This document shows positions 48,659-64,000 of a DNA stretch of 64,000 bases, piece by piece. Origin of the DNA: Antechinus flavipes (lineage: Eukaryota). The notes under the pieces are model-generated. The model saw only the letters and a list, made by a program, of their open reading frames with translations. It searched no databases and was not told where the DNA came from. The stretch is taken from NCBI RefSeq assembly GCF_016432865.1, contig NC_067398.1, positions 657,944,001-658,008,000 of the forward strand, in the 5' to 3' direction. Numbering within the stretch: the first letter of the stretch is position 1; each line of letters starts with the position of its first letter. The position numbers were made by a program, and so were the translations under genes.

Positions 48659-49591
48659 GAAACGAATATTCTTGGAAGCTTAAACCCAGGCCTGATTTCA
48701 CAGCTAGTATTTTTTAACTTCTCTAGGAGATTAGATCTGGTTTAAATTCCAGTTTATACCTCCTAGTTGAGTAATATCAGAAAAGCTCTTTACCCTCACC
48801 TGTAAAATAAAGGGGTTGATTGAAACCAGAGGACCTTGGGCCTTTGGACAGATTTCAAAGAATTCATTCAATTAGATTTTTAAAAAGTATTTTGATAATT
48901 ATTTTAATATAACCAGTTTCTGTTGTAATTTTATATTTCATTTATGCATTTAAAAACCTGATTCTGAGAAGGGGTCCTTAGACTTCATTAGACTGATAGC
49001 CGAGGTGGGGCGGAGAAGGAAGTGTTCTAGGACATATACAAAAAGGCAAAGTCCCTTTCCAAGTGACTAGAAGTTAGTGCTATCTTATTGCACAAGTGGA
49101 ACTGAGCTTTGGGTCAGGAAATACAAGCTCAAGTTCAAATTTTCATTTGACTTCTCCTGTATAAACCTGAGCAAATCACTTAATCTCCCCTAAGCATCAG
49201 TTTCCTCTTCTGTAAAATGGGGATAATGATACCTAGAGCCCTTCCTCTTAGGGTTACATGAGGAAAGCACTTCGTAAATCTTAAAGCACCAAACTTGAAC
49301 TATTATTAACAGTGTATTTTAAAAGGATGTTTAAAATAATGTTTATAATCACCTGGGCTGGCCCAAGAGGCTTATAAAATTTTAATGATGACATAATTTA
49401 TTGATAGGATTATTAAATATTATTAATAAAAATAATACAGTGAAGTTGGACTGACCTTTTTCTAAGGGCCTTCCTGCCTCAAACATTCTATGATCCTGCA
49501 GCTTTAGGAAATCTCACTCCCCCAAGTTAGATGTCATTCCAATCCCCAAGGTAACAGAATTCAGTGACTTCACCAATGATTCTGTGACATC

Positions 49592-52622
<3,031 letters not shown>

Positions 52623-52904
52623 CCTTCCCCCTTGTCCGAAGGGCTAGAGGGCCAGAGATCCCCAGCAGAAGCTGGCTAAAGGTTCAGGGCCCCCCATCCA
52701 GGGAGCCTGGCAGGCTTGGGCCAAGGAGACGCTAGGCACAGAAGGCCGGCCCAGAGCCCTTTCCAATGCTCTTAGCCCCAGGGTGGGAAAGGCAGGGAGG
52801 ACTCTAGAGTGGGACCCATTTTTCAAATCTTCTCTGGGGGCCAGATGGGGTTTCCCCAGGCCCAGCTTCAGGTTTGGGGAAGACAGTGAAAGTGGTGATA
52901 AAGG

Positions 52905-52910
52905 AATAAA
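52905..52910 (+). terminator. SLC25A41 candidate polyadenylation signal
   Basis: AATAAA about 280 nt after the stop, followed by a GT-rich stretch. Confidence 0.6.
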
Positions 52911-53179
52911 GTCATCTATTGTGTGTCATCTGTGTGTACAGGTGGAATGTGGGGGGTGGACCAAGTTTACATGAAACGTAGGACAACAGTTGGTGATCCA
53001 AGACAGCTGTCTGGACCTCTGTGTTGTGGGGCTGGGGGGAATGGAAGCCCGAAAGGCCTGGGAGTGTAGGAAGACAACTCCGGCTCAGAACAGTTGGACT
53101 ACAAAGAATTTGGGAGTATACTCTTGGGAATTGCCCTGGATCTTTACCATCTTTTGCCATTTGCTTTTTATGACCAATA

Positions 53180-54850
53180 TCACAGAATCATGAAATTAAG
53201 GTTAGAATGGGACCTCAGTGACCATCTAATCTGACCCATATCCAAAAGAAAACCCCACTATAGCATACCTGATCATCCAGTCCCTGCCTGAACACCACCG
53301 GGGAGTAAGAACTCGGCCTTTCCTGCAGCAGTCCCTTCCAACTTTGGTTTGTCTCCTTGCTAGGAAGTTTTTCCTGACAACTGGCCTAAATCTAGCTGCT
53401 TTGCAACTCATGTACATTACACCCAGTTTGGCTCTCTAGGGCCAGATAGAACAACCATAATCCTACCCCTAGATGTGACAATCCATTATGTACTTCAGGA
53501 TAACTCATGTCTCCCCTTTTCACTTTTCCCCCCAAGCATCCTCAGTTCCTTCAACTAATCATATGTCAAAGATTCAAGGCCCTTTACCATTTAGGTTATA
53601 CTTCTCTGGAAGCACTGCAACCAACTGATAAATGTCCTTAAAAGATGTTGCCCAGAGCTGGACACAATACTGATAAAAACAGAATATGGTAGGACTATTA
53701 CCTCTCTTTTCCTAAAAGATATGCCCCTCCATTTAGCCTAAAGATGAAATCAACTTTTTTTGTTGACATATCACAATATTTGAGCTTTTAGTTCATTAAG
53801 ACCTTTGATTCTATTTCTTTGTTGTTTCATACATCCCCAATCTTATACTTGTAAAGTTGAAGCAGGATAGGAGAAGCAAGTGCAAGACACTTTTATTCCT
53901 ATGAAATTTCATCTTAATAAATTCAGCTCAACGCTTGTGCCTGTCAAAATACTTTTGGATCCTATTATCTAGTGTGTTAATTCTCCCAGTTTTGTATCAT
54001 TTGCAAATTTGATGAGCATACTACCAATTTTTTTAAGCAAAATCATTGATAAAAATGATTAACCAGAAATAGGGCCAAGCACAGAGTCCTAGGATTCTCC
54101 ACTGGAAACCTTTGCCACATTGATATTGAGCCATGAAAAATTAATTATTCGATGAGTATGGACATCCAATCAGATCTAAGTCTTTCTGATTGTAGAAATA
54201 TCTAATCCACATCTCTAACTTTAAGAATAGTATGAGTAACTTTATTTTTTTTTTAAAGCCACTAAGATAAAGGTAACTTAACACTTTAGTATTTTACTCA
54301 TCTAGTAATCCTGTCCAAAAAAAAAAAAAAAAAAAAAGGAAGTGAGGCTTTTCTGGCATAAACTCTGCTTGATGAAGCCAGACTGGCTTTTTTGAAATCA
54401 ATTTCTATTTCTAGATGCTTACCAACTATATCTCCGTTCTAGAACTTTGCCATGTAGTTTTTCAGAGAGAGTTTCTCTTTTTAAATCAGGACATCTATTC
54501 TTTAATCTTTAGTACCTTCCCTCTTTTCCACCATTTTTCAAATATTATTTAGTCTCAATAATCAAAATGTCCATTTTTTCGGGCACTAGAAAGGTAATTC
54601 ATCTAGGCTAGGTGACTTGAATTCATTTAATTCATTCTTTTACTCCCTGGAATCAAAGCCTATATTGCTATCTCCTTATCTTGATTTCAACTCCCTATTA
54701 GTCATTTTTGTTCTGTTATTTCATCACATAATTGTGTGCAAGAAAATAAAATAAGCAGCTCTTTGTCTCTTATTTGACTATTTGTCTAAATTTGTCTAAA
54801 TTACCATCAAACTACTCACCCCCCAAACAAAGATCTATCCTCTTTTTTAT
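53180..54850 (-). mobile_element. Degraded CR1/L3-type LINE fragments
   Basis: gatgttgcccagagctggacacaatac, gcaaatttgatgagcat and ttttctggcata..ttgatgaagcc resemble antisense CR1 sequence as recalled. Confidence 0.5.
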
Positions 54851-55299
54851 CTTTTTCTCCTAACATAGCTAGAAAACAAAATCTTGGTAGATAACTTGAT
54901 ATAGTGCTGGGTCTGGAATCAGGAATTCCAGCCTCAAATATTTGCTTGCAGGGCATGTCACTTAAACAAACTCTGTCTAGTTTCCTCAACTGTAAAATAG
55001 AAATAAAAATAGCGCCTATCTCATAGAGTTGTTGTGAGAATCAAATGAGGATATTTGTTTAAAAGTGCTTAGCAGTGCCTAGCACATAGTAGGTGCTATA
55101 TAAATGCTCTTTTTAGGACTCTTTAGCTTTCCTTATCAGCTTCAGTTCCCTCTGAGCTTTAATATTCACAATGCCATTTTCATAGTTCTATGTCATGTTG
55201 TTCTAATCACTTTTTGTTACTGGGCCTTGTTTCTGTCTCTTGTATACATCTTTTAAAAATCTAAGTTTGTTATTCAACCATTATGTAGAGTAATTTAGA

Positions 55300-56035
55300 A
55301 CTCATTCCAAAGGCCTATAAAAACCATGCACACTCTTTGACTTAGCAATACTATTACTAGATCTGTATCCCAAAAGAAATAAAAAAAAGAACATATGTAC
55401 AAAAATATTTATAGCAGTGGTAAAGAATTAGAAATTGAGGGGATACCCATAAACTGGGGAATAGCTGAACAAGTTGTGGTATATGATTGTGATGGAATAC
55501 TGGTATGCCATAAGAAACAATGAACTCTCAAAAAAACCTGAAAAGACATATGAATTGATACAAAGTGAAAGTGATGCACAAAGTGACACAAAGTGAAGAA
55601 GCAGAAATATTGTACACAATAACAGCAATATTGTGTAAGACGATAAACTATGAATAATTTAGCTATTCCCAACATATGATCCAAGACAACTCTGAAAGAA
55701 GTCTGATGAAAAAATGTTAACCATTCCCAGAGAAAGAACTGAAGGAATCTAAATGCAGATCAAAATATATTTTTATACTTTTATTTTTATTGGAGTTTTT
55801 TTTTTTTGGGGGGGGGTATCCACTTTGTTTGTTTTGTTTTGTTTTTACAATATGACCAACAAGGAAATATATTTTGCATAACTACACATGGATAATCTAT
55901 ATCAAATTGCTTGCCTTCTCAATGAGGGGGGTGGATAGAGAGGAAGAGAATTTGGAACTCAAAAATTTTAAAAACAAATGTTGAAAATTGTTTTTAACAG
56001 GTAATTGTGGAAAATACTAAATACTAAATAATAAA
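55300..56035 (+). mobile_element. L1 ORF2 end and 3' UTR fragment
   Basis: ctttgacttagcaatactattactagatctgtatcccaaaag and gaacaagttgtggtatatg, A-rich terminus. Confidence 0.75.
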
Positions 56036-56059
56036 AAATCTGAAGTTGGAGAATTCCTT

Positions 56060-58900
56060 TAGTCTCTTCATGAATGTTCTTATATTGACCCAGTTTAAGA
56101 TTAATATATTGAGTCATGGGCTGTTTGCAACTGGGATATGCCCCTAGATTTAAACAAGCAGAGATATGTGGAAATTGATGGAAAGAACCAAAGCTAGGAG
56201 AGGGGCTATCTACAGACACATTGACTTGGGTCCCTAGAAGAGAAGCTTGTGCTCCTGTGAAATTCCTCCCAGGGAAACATGTGGTCGCATGAGAGAAGGG
56301 ACTCCACTGGTCCCAGAGATATTAAGAGAATGTGGGAGAACAGAAATTCCTAGGTCAAGCCAGAAACTAAAGGAGCCAGAGGCAGTAGCAGTGGACTAAA
56401 GGTATCAGAGTGATGGAACAGTTCCTATGCAATGAAATTCCAAGAGCAGATGTACAGAGAAGAAAGGGTAGTTCTGGACAAAGCAGGAGCCAGCACTTCA
56501 GTGTAATAAGAACCAGAGCTACATAGAAGAGGAAACCGAGTTCTTACATCCACTAGTATTGTTACTATGTGGACTATGCATGTCTAAAGGGAAAGGAATT
56601 GATTGACTCCCTATTTTCCTTTTCAGTGGAACCTCCATGTAGTATAGAATTGAATGTCCTAAAATTCCTAGGGGGAAATTAAAGCCTATAAGAAAGAAGA
56701 ATAATTAGGTTTAGATACAAATCCTTTCTACTTTCCCTTTTTAAATAAAGCCTGTCCTGTATGTAATATATTGTTAGCTTGAGTACTTACATGGGAAATG
56801 AGAGGACATTTTCTTTTTTGCTTTTTATATAGGCACCTACAAGTAAGCCAAATTCCTATGTTCCCAGAGGAAATTCTGGGTGAAGGTACTAGTTAAAAAG
56901 AGTATTTATTACATGTTAAAATAAAACCTAGTCTAGGTAAAAAAAAATCAGTGATATGGTTCTGAATTATGGTTTAGAAGTTTAAAAAATCAACTCTACA
57001 AGTATTAGGTGGAGAGGCACAGTTAGAAAGTAGCAATTCATTGAGAAGGATCTGAGGATTTCAATGGACTATGACTCAATATGAGTGGGCACTGTGATGT
57101 CCACAAGAAAACTAGTAATAAAGCTGTATTAAGATTGACAAAGTGTCTCAACATAAATAAATATCCTCCCAGGAGGATATTTGAATGTTCTTGATGAATT
57201 CAAGTCCCCCAGATCAATAGTGTGGGAAGGAAAGGGACTAGCAGTACCAGATTCAAACTGTATTACAAACAGCAATCATCCAGAAAATGTGGAAGTTGTT
57301 TAAAAAAAAAAAATAGTACAATCAGTGGAACAGATTGTGGTACAAGTGATGCTACAGGTTGGACTATAAGAATTTTGAAGTGAATAGTAGGTACTCAGTA
57401 TGAGCTTATTCTCTTCCCTTTTAAATGCTACATTTTAGGAAGCTGTAGATTGATAAATTGTAATCTTAGGGTCTTAAGATGATGTTAGGTGAGTCAATGA
57501 AAGGAAGAGTTAGGAGAGATGAGAGATTTTCATATATAAAGGAGATGATCAGTTTAAAAGTTTATCTTCTTTTAGAAATATGTCCATATAGAAACTTCCT
57601 ATATGGACATGACCATAAACGTCTCAAGAGGACAGAGAACTTATGATTAGAGTTCCGAAACTCAACCTTCTCTTGATGAATTAGCTATCACCCTTTGGCC
57701 CTTCTTAGGGCATGAGGTTTAGCAACTGAGATTATCCATAAGATGATATGGTAGGTTAAGACGCAAAAGGATGACATCTTAATGGAGGAGTTATCCCTTT
57801 GCAAGAGCCTTTAACAGTAAGCTATTTACCCTCTTCTCTCCCTTTTCCCTTGTATCTTTCTTCCAAGAGTAGGTCTCCCTTCCCTCTCTCTGTCCCCAAG
57901 CAGTTAATGGTAATTCTAGGGAGAAGCATCTAGCAGATAGAGGTTTGTGCTTATTCAGAAAATCAGAAAGGAATGCCTAAGAATGGACTTTTCTAACCCA
58001 AAATAAAGCACCAACAAGAACAGTCATGAAGTATCAAAAGGTCTTATGGAAGTAATGGCAGAAGCTTTCATGTGATTATCCCTATGGCCTGAGAAAGAGA
58101 AATCTTAGACAATGTTCTTGAACTCCAATCTCTTGTGTAGAAAAATATAGGGAGGAGTTATTTCCTTGGCCATATGACACCAGAATCTAGTTTTCTAGCT
58201 GGAGATTTTTTGGAGTACATTGTGACAAACCCAAGTCCAAGAGTTCTGAACAGCATATTTCCTGGAGGGGAAAAGAGAACCATCATATGTTTGCTGCATC
58301 TGGAAATCAGTAAGGAACAGAAAACCATGATGTAGTTAGAAAGAGATTCCAAGTCATCTTCCACTATTACAATAAATTATCCATACAATAATGAAGATCT
58401 GATTGAGATAAATTGCCTGATTAGTAGCCCCAAACTATGTTTGTCTTCTACTGATAGTCTGAATCACAAAGAGCACTCTATAGATTTGGGAAGGACATTT
58501 CTAGCATAGCTAATGTAGGAAATTGTTTTTACTTGATTGAGTGTATTTGTACAATGGAAAACCTGGGACTTATCAAAATGTTGGAATGTTGCCCCTGCTG
58601 GAAGTCCCAAATTTAGTTATTTCTTGGGGGAACTATTGTAATTGCTTTATATATTTATCTATTTATGTGCTTCTAATAGTGCTTTCTTTTCCCTTGTATC
58701 TTTCTTCCAGGAGGTCTCCCTTCCCTCTCTCTGTCTCCAAGCAGTTAATGGTAAATCTGTCAGGACATTTTCTGCATTCTGCAAGATTACCTATTCTATG
58801 TTTGGTGAAAATGTATTAACTTGAGTACTTTATGGAAAAATGGAGGCCCCATTTATGCACATCAGTAGAAACTGTACTTGTGAAAATATTTGAAGACTTT
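56060..58900. mobile_element. LTR-like repeat fragments, family not identified
   Basis: AATAAA in LTR-like context near 56745. Related segments ttgagtactt(a/t)..atgg at about 56780 and 58822. Internal 67-bp direct repeat. Confidence 0.35.
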
Positions 58901-59209
58901 CCAGAGTAAATTATAGGTGGGAGCACAAGAGGGAAAAGAGAAAATGAATCTTTAGAGGTCAGCCCTTATGAGCCCTGGTACTGGGGCCATGTGTTATACA
59001 ATTATTTGAAGGATTGACACATGGAGAAGGAATTCTGTTTTGTTCTCAGAAAGCAGAATTAGGAGCAATGGGTGAATGTGACAAAATGACATATATATAT
59101 TTATCATTGTTATGCTAAAAGACATTTTAACATTTAGCTCTATCATAGAATAATGAGGAGCCTCAGGATGTAATGGTTGCAAGTAATTGGAAAATGAGTA
59201 GATAGTCAT

Positions 59210-61760
59210 CAATTTGGAAATGGCTGAATAAGTTATGGTATAGGAATGTAATGGAATATTACTGTTTTAGAAGAAATGATGAGCAGGTTTATTTCAGAAA
59301 AGCCTGAAAAGACTTACATGAACTGATACTGAGTGAAATGAGCAGAATTAGAACATTGCACACAGTAACACCAAGATTATGTGATGATCAACTGTGATGG
59401 ACTTGGCTTTTCTCAGCAATACCTTGATTCAAGACAATTGCAATAGATTTGGGAAGAAAAGTGCCATCTGCATTCAGAGAGAAAATAATAGAGACTGAAT
59501 GGTCCTTTTTGTTTATTTGTTTTTTCTTTTTCATGATTTTTCCCTTTTGTTCTGATTTTTCTCTCACAAAATAACTAATATGAAAATATGTTTAAAATGA
59601 TTGTACATATATAATCTATAGCAGATTGTTTTCTGTCTTAGGGAGGGAAGGAGGTAAAAGAAGGAGGGGGAAAAGTTTGGAACTCAAAGTCTTACAAAAA
59701 TAAATGTTGAAAACTATCTTTACATGTAAGTGGAAAAATAAAATTCTATTGAATTTTTAAAAAATCCAATCATATGCCATAACATGTTCAGTCATTCCCC
59801 AACTGAAAGGCATCCCTTCAATTTCAATTCTTTGTCAATCACAAAAAAAGGAAAAAGCTGCTATAAATATATTTGTACATATAAGTCCTTTTTTCTTGTT
59901 TTTTAAATCTTTCTGAGATACAGACCTAATAGTAGTATGCTGGATCAAAGTATGTATATTATTTTATAGCACTTTGAGCATAGCTTTTTTTTTTTTTTAA
60001 TAGCTTTTTATTTACAAGTTATATGCATGGGTAATTTTACAGCACTGACAATTGCCAAACCTTTTGTTTCAATTTTTACCCTCTTTCCCCCCACCCCCTC
60101 CCCTAGATGGCAGGGTGACCAGTAGATGTTAAATATGTTAAAGTATAAATTAAATACAAAATAAGTATACATGACCAAACCGTTATTTGCTGTACAAAAA
60201 GAATCAGACTCTGAAATATTGTACAATTAGCCTCTGAAGGAAATCCAAAATGCAGGCAGGCAAAAATATAGGGATTGGGAATTCAATGTAATGGTTCTTA
60301 GTCATCTCCCAGCTTTCGCTGGGTATAGCTGGTTCAGTTCATTACTGCTCCATTGAAATTGATTTGGTTCATCTCATTGCTGAAGCTGGCCATCAGAATT
60401 GATCATCATATAGTATTATTGTTGAAGTATATAATGATCTCCTGGTCCTGCTCGTTTCACTCAACATCAGTTCGTATAAGTCTCTTCAGGCTGTTCTGAA
60501 ATCATCCTGTTGGTCATTTTTTACAGAACAATAATATTCCATAACATTCATATACCACAATTTATTCAGCCATTCTCCAACTGATGGGCATCTTCTCAGT
60601 TTCCAGTTTCTAGCCACTACAAAAAGGACTGCCACAAACATTTGTGCACATACAGGTCCCTTTCCCTTCTTTATGATCTCTTTGGGATATAAGCCCAGTA
60701 GTAACACTGTTGAGCATAGTTTCAAACTGTTCTTCAGAATGGTTGGATTAGTTCTTAGTTCACAATTCTACCAACAGTGCATTAGTGTATCTATTTTCCT
60801 ATATCCTCTCTAACATTTGTCATTTTCCTTTTTTGTCACATTACCCAATCTGATGAATGAGATGGTACCTCACATTGGTTATCATCTTCATTTCTCTAAT
60901 GATTATTGATTTGGAGCTTTTTAATATGATTATTGATAGCTTTGATTTTTTTCTCTGAATATTGCCTGTTCATATCTTTTGACTATCTATTAGGAATAAA
61001 TCTTATTTTAATAAATTTTGCTCAATTCTCTCTATATTTAAAAAGGAGACCTTCAGAGAAACTTGCTATAAAATATATTTCCCAGTTTTTTACTTTCCTT
61101 CTAATTTTGACCGTATTGATTTTGTTTGAATAAAAACTTAAAATTATCCTCCTTCTCTCCCAAGGACCTTTCTATGTCTTATTTGGTCAAGAACTCTTTT
61201 CCTTATCCACACATGTGACAAATAAATTTTTTCCATGTTTCCCCAATTTACTTATGATACTGCCCAAACATTATTATTTATTATCAAACACAAATTAGTC
61301 TAGTCATTCACTTCTTTGCCTAATTTATTCCACTGATTAAACACTCCATTTTTCATCCAGATTGATTTGATGATCACTACTTTGTAGTAGTCTGAGATCT
61401 GATACTGCTAGGTTACCTTCATTATTTTTTTTCATTAATTCTCTTGATATTCTTAATCTATTGTTCTCCTACATGAATACTTAAAGAAATATTTTTCCTA
61501 CCTCAATAAACAATTTTTTTGTTAGTTTGATTGATGTGGCATTGAATAAGAAAATCAATTTAACTAGCTTGTCATTTTCATTATATTGCCTTACTATAAG
61601 TATTTAACATTTTTCCAATTGTTTAGATTGTGTCTTTGTTTGAAAACTGTTTTGTAATTGTATTCATATTGTTTCTGGGTGTGTCTTTATAGACCACAAA
61701 TATTTTATTGTCTTCAGTTATTTTAAATGGATTTTTTCCTTCTTTCTCTTTCTGCTGGGT
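59210..61760. mobile_element. Older L1 fragments flanking the nested L1
   Basis: ttggaaaatggctgaataagttatggtata (+ strand, 59210-59760) and antisense ORF2 remnants at 59770-59975 and 60720-61760. Confidence 0.7.
59984..60709 (-). mobile_element. 5'-truncated younger L1 nested in an older L1
   Basis: Poly-T tail at about 59985-59998, L1 3' UTR and ORF2 end, exact 10-bp TSD ttgagcatag (59974-59983, 60710-60719). Confidence 0.85.
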
Positions 61761-62289
61761 TTTATTGGTAATACACACACGTACACACACCAAACATGTA
61801 CACACACATATGGAAAAGGAGAAAGAGAAAAAAAAAAGAAAGAATTCAAGGAGGAAGATGAGCTGAAAGAGAAGGACTCAATGATGAGGTAGTAGCTGAT
61901 AAGAATATAAATAAGATAAGGTTAGACTAAGTAAGACAAGCTGGTATGACAAGCTTGGTAAGAACTTGCTTAGAGAAGAAAAAGGAAGTTGGGTGTGGCT
62001 GTTAAGGTGAGCTAACAAAGTAAAAAACAGTAATTTCAGGCGTTGAAGACTACTCCAAAAACAGTTTGTCATAACAATTCTCCAAGGAAGCTACTAGCAA
62101 GGATGTCAAGGAATGGGGATCTCCTGGTAAGTATAGAAAACAGAGATAATTTTACTGTGACCTCTAGTAAATATATAACTTTTGTAGTTCTTTATTGCCA
62201 AGTAAGTGATTGCTCCTTAAATATGCAAGCCAGTCTTTCTCCTAGAAGAGGTCAGGAAGGATGCAGTATATATTTAAAAAGTGTAAAAA

Positions 62290-64000
62290 GGGGAGGCAAG
62301 GTCAAGATGATGGAGTAGCAAGGAGAAGTAGAGTCCAGCTCCCCAATTTAAATTTTTCCACAAATATCTAGAAAATGCACCATATTGAATTTTAATTAGG
62401 AAACCTAAGAAAAACTCAGTTTGTCTTAGAATTAGTGTCTTAATGTTAGTCTAGTCTTAGTCTTCATCTAAAGAGTCTTAATGATAGAAATAGGTCTTCA
62501 GACTTTTGGGAATCAAGTCTGCCATGACTGGGCACAAGGTAAAGAAGCACCAGAACAGAAGAAATCGCTGAACTAGGGCAGAGTGAAGGAATAGATGTTA
62601 CCTGACAGCTCTGTTGCCCACTATTTAGTTATGGGTCACAGATCTAGGAAGGGATCTGTACCTAAGGATGATCAAGAGGAATGATCTGGGTCTTAGTTGT
62701 GTACTGGGCAAGGAACAAGTTCAGATACAGACTTTGTGGTTCTTATTCAGAAGCAGAGCAGAGACTCAGTTCTATCCTGTAGCCCAAGCTACAGCAGGAA
62801 TAATCAGATCAGATATCCTAGATGAAAGGAAAACTTGATTTAGTCCCTATAAATGTCCAGAAGCTTCTAGTGGGCTAATAATGCATGAGTCCAACCGCAG
62901 CCTATTTAAACTTTCAACCAAGAACAAGCTGACAGACCCAAACCATGCTAGGAATTTGCAGAACTTAGCCCAAGTGGTTAGTGACTAGACTGCCCTTTAA
63001 TCACATCACTTTGGGAATCTTGAAATCTTGCAGGTCCCAGACAAAGCTGTGAAAAGAGCATATGGAAATGCATGCAATGATGTAAGCTCACTCTGGAAAT
63101 TACTCCAGATGTGTATAGAGCTCAGCCCTAATGTAAAGTACAAAATCAGAAAGGAGGCTGGAACAATAATATTTTTAAAAATCCCATCGTAAAGAGTTGT
63201 TATGGTGACAGGGAAGCTCAAGACACAAGCTTAGAGAAAAAAACTTTTTAAAAATCTACAAGTAAAGCCTCAAAGGAAAAAATGCATTTTTAAACACAAG
63301 CCCAACCAGAATTCCTGAAACAGATAAAAGCAAGAGTCTTTTAAAAGAGATAAAATGATTTTTTAAAACCAAATGAGAAAGGGAAAAATTAGAAAAGAAG
63401 TGACAACTAAGGAAGAAGGATATAGACAGACAATTAATAACTTAGAACAAAAGATAAAAATCCTTGTTCAAGAAAATGTGCCTAAAAATTAGAATTGGTC
63501 AAATAGTAGCTAATGATGAGAAGCTAATGTGAAGACATAAAAAATATATAAAAACTAAGTCAAAAGACTGAAAAAAAATGAAAGAAAATATAAGGAATCT
63601 TCTAGCAAAAACAACTGACTTAAAAATAGATTGAGAATAGATGATTTAAGAATTATTGGACTAAAGGCAGCTAGGTGGCGCAGTGGATAGAGCATCAGCC
63701 CTGAAATCAGGAGGACTTGAGTTCAAATGTGATCTCAGACGCTTAATACTTCCTAGTTGTGTGAGCCTGGGCAAGTCACTTAACCCCAATTGCCTCGGGG
63801 GAAAAAAAGAATCTTAAGAATTATTGGACTACATAAAAGCCATAATTAAAAAAAACCCTAAATATTATATTTCACAAAAATTTTTAAGTGATTCAGGTCC
63901 TTTAGAACCAGTGAGCAAAGTAGAAATTGAAATAATCCATCACTAATCTTCTGAAATAAACTCCAAAATGAAAAATTCCAGCAATATGATACCTAAAACC
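62290..64000 (+). mobile_element. Degraded L1 5' UTR and ORF1, truncated by the window end
   Basis: aagatgatggagtag 5' terminus. tatggtgacagggaagctcaagacaca resembles the marsupial L1 ORF1 N-terminus. A-rich coiled-coil-like coding with stops. Confidence 0.65.
63664..63813 (+). mobile_element. WSINE1-type SINE inserted in L1 ORF1
   Basis: ggcagctaggtggcgcagtggatagagc head, A-tail, 18-bp TSD ttaagaattattggacta (63646-63663, 63814-63831). Confidence 0.88.

Overview
Vertebrate genomic DNA from a marsupial, probably a dasyuromorph (inferred from WSINE1-type SINEs, marsupial L1 3' ends and an OC1-like hAT MITE). It has three short N-gaps. A GC-rich cluster at about 5-53 kb holds six spliced genes, all reconstructed exon by exon with GT-AG junctions and continuous frames: a PLPP3-like phospholipid phosphatase (+, 6 coding exons, 314 aa), TUBB4A (+, 445 aa), DENND1C (+, 23 exons, 729 aa), CRB3 (-, 118-aa ERLI isoform plus a B-type last exon), SLC25A23 (+, 474 aa) and SLC25A41 (+, 372 aa). 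The last five match the human 19p13.3 gene order as I recall it. The PLPP3-like gene has no counterpart I know of at that human locus. It is intact, but its C3 catalytic motif has SR replaced by IG, so it is a candidate retained ancient paralog and possible pseudo-phosphatase. This is the main finding. Other points: a CRB3B tail lacking CLPI, a same-strand ACACCT/CACCTG array upstream of CRB3, a SINE-supplied splice acceptor in SLC25A41, a microexon or recursive splice site after SLC25A23, and no KHSRP in the TE-filled 11 kb after SLC25A41. Comparisons with human proteins and repeat families are from memory; no searches were run.
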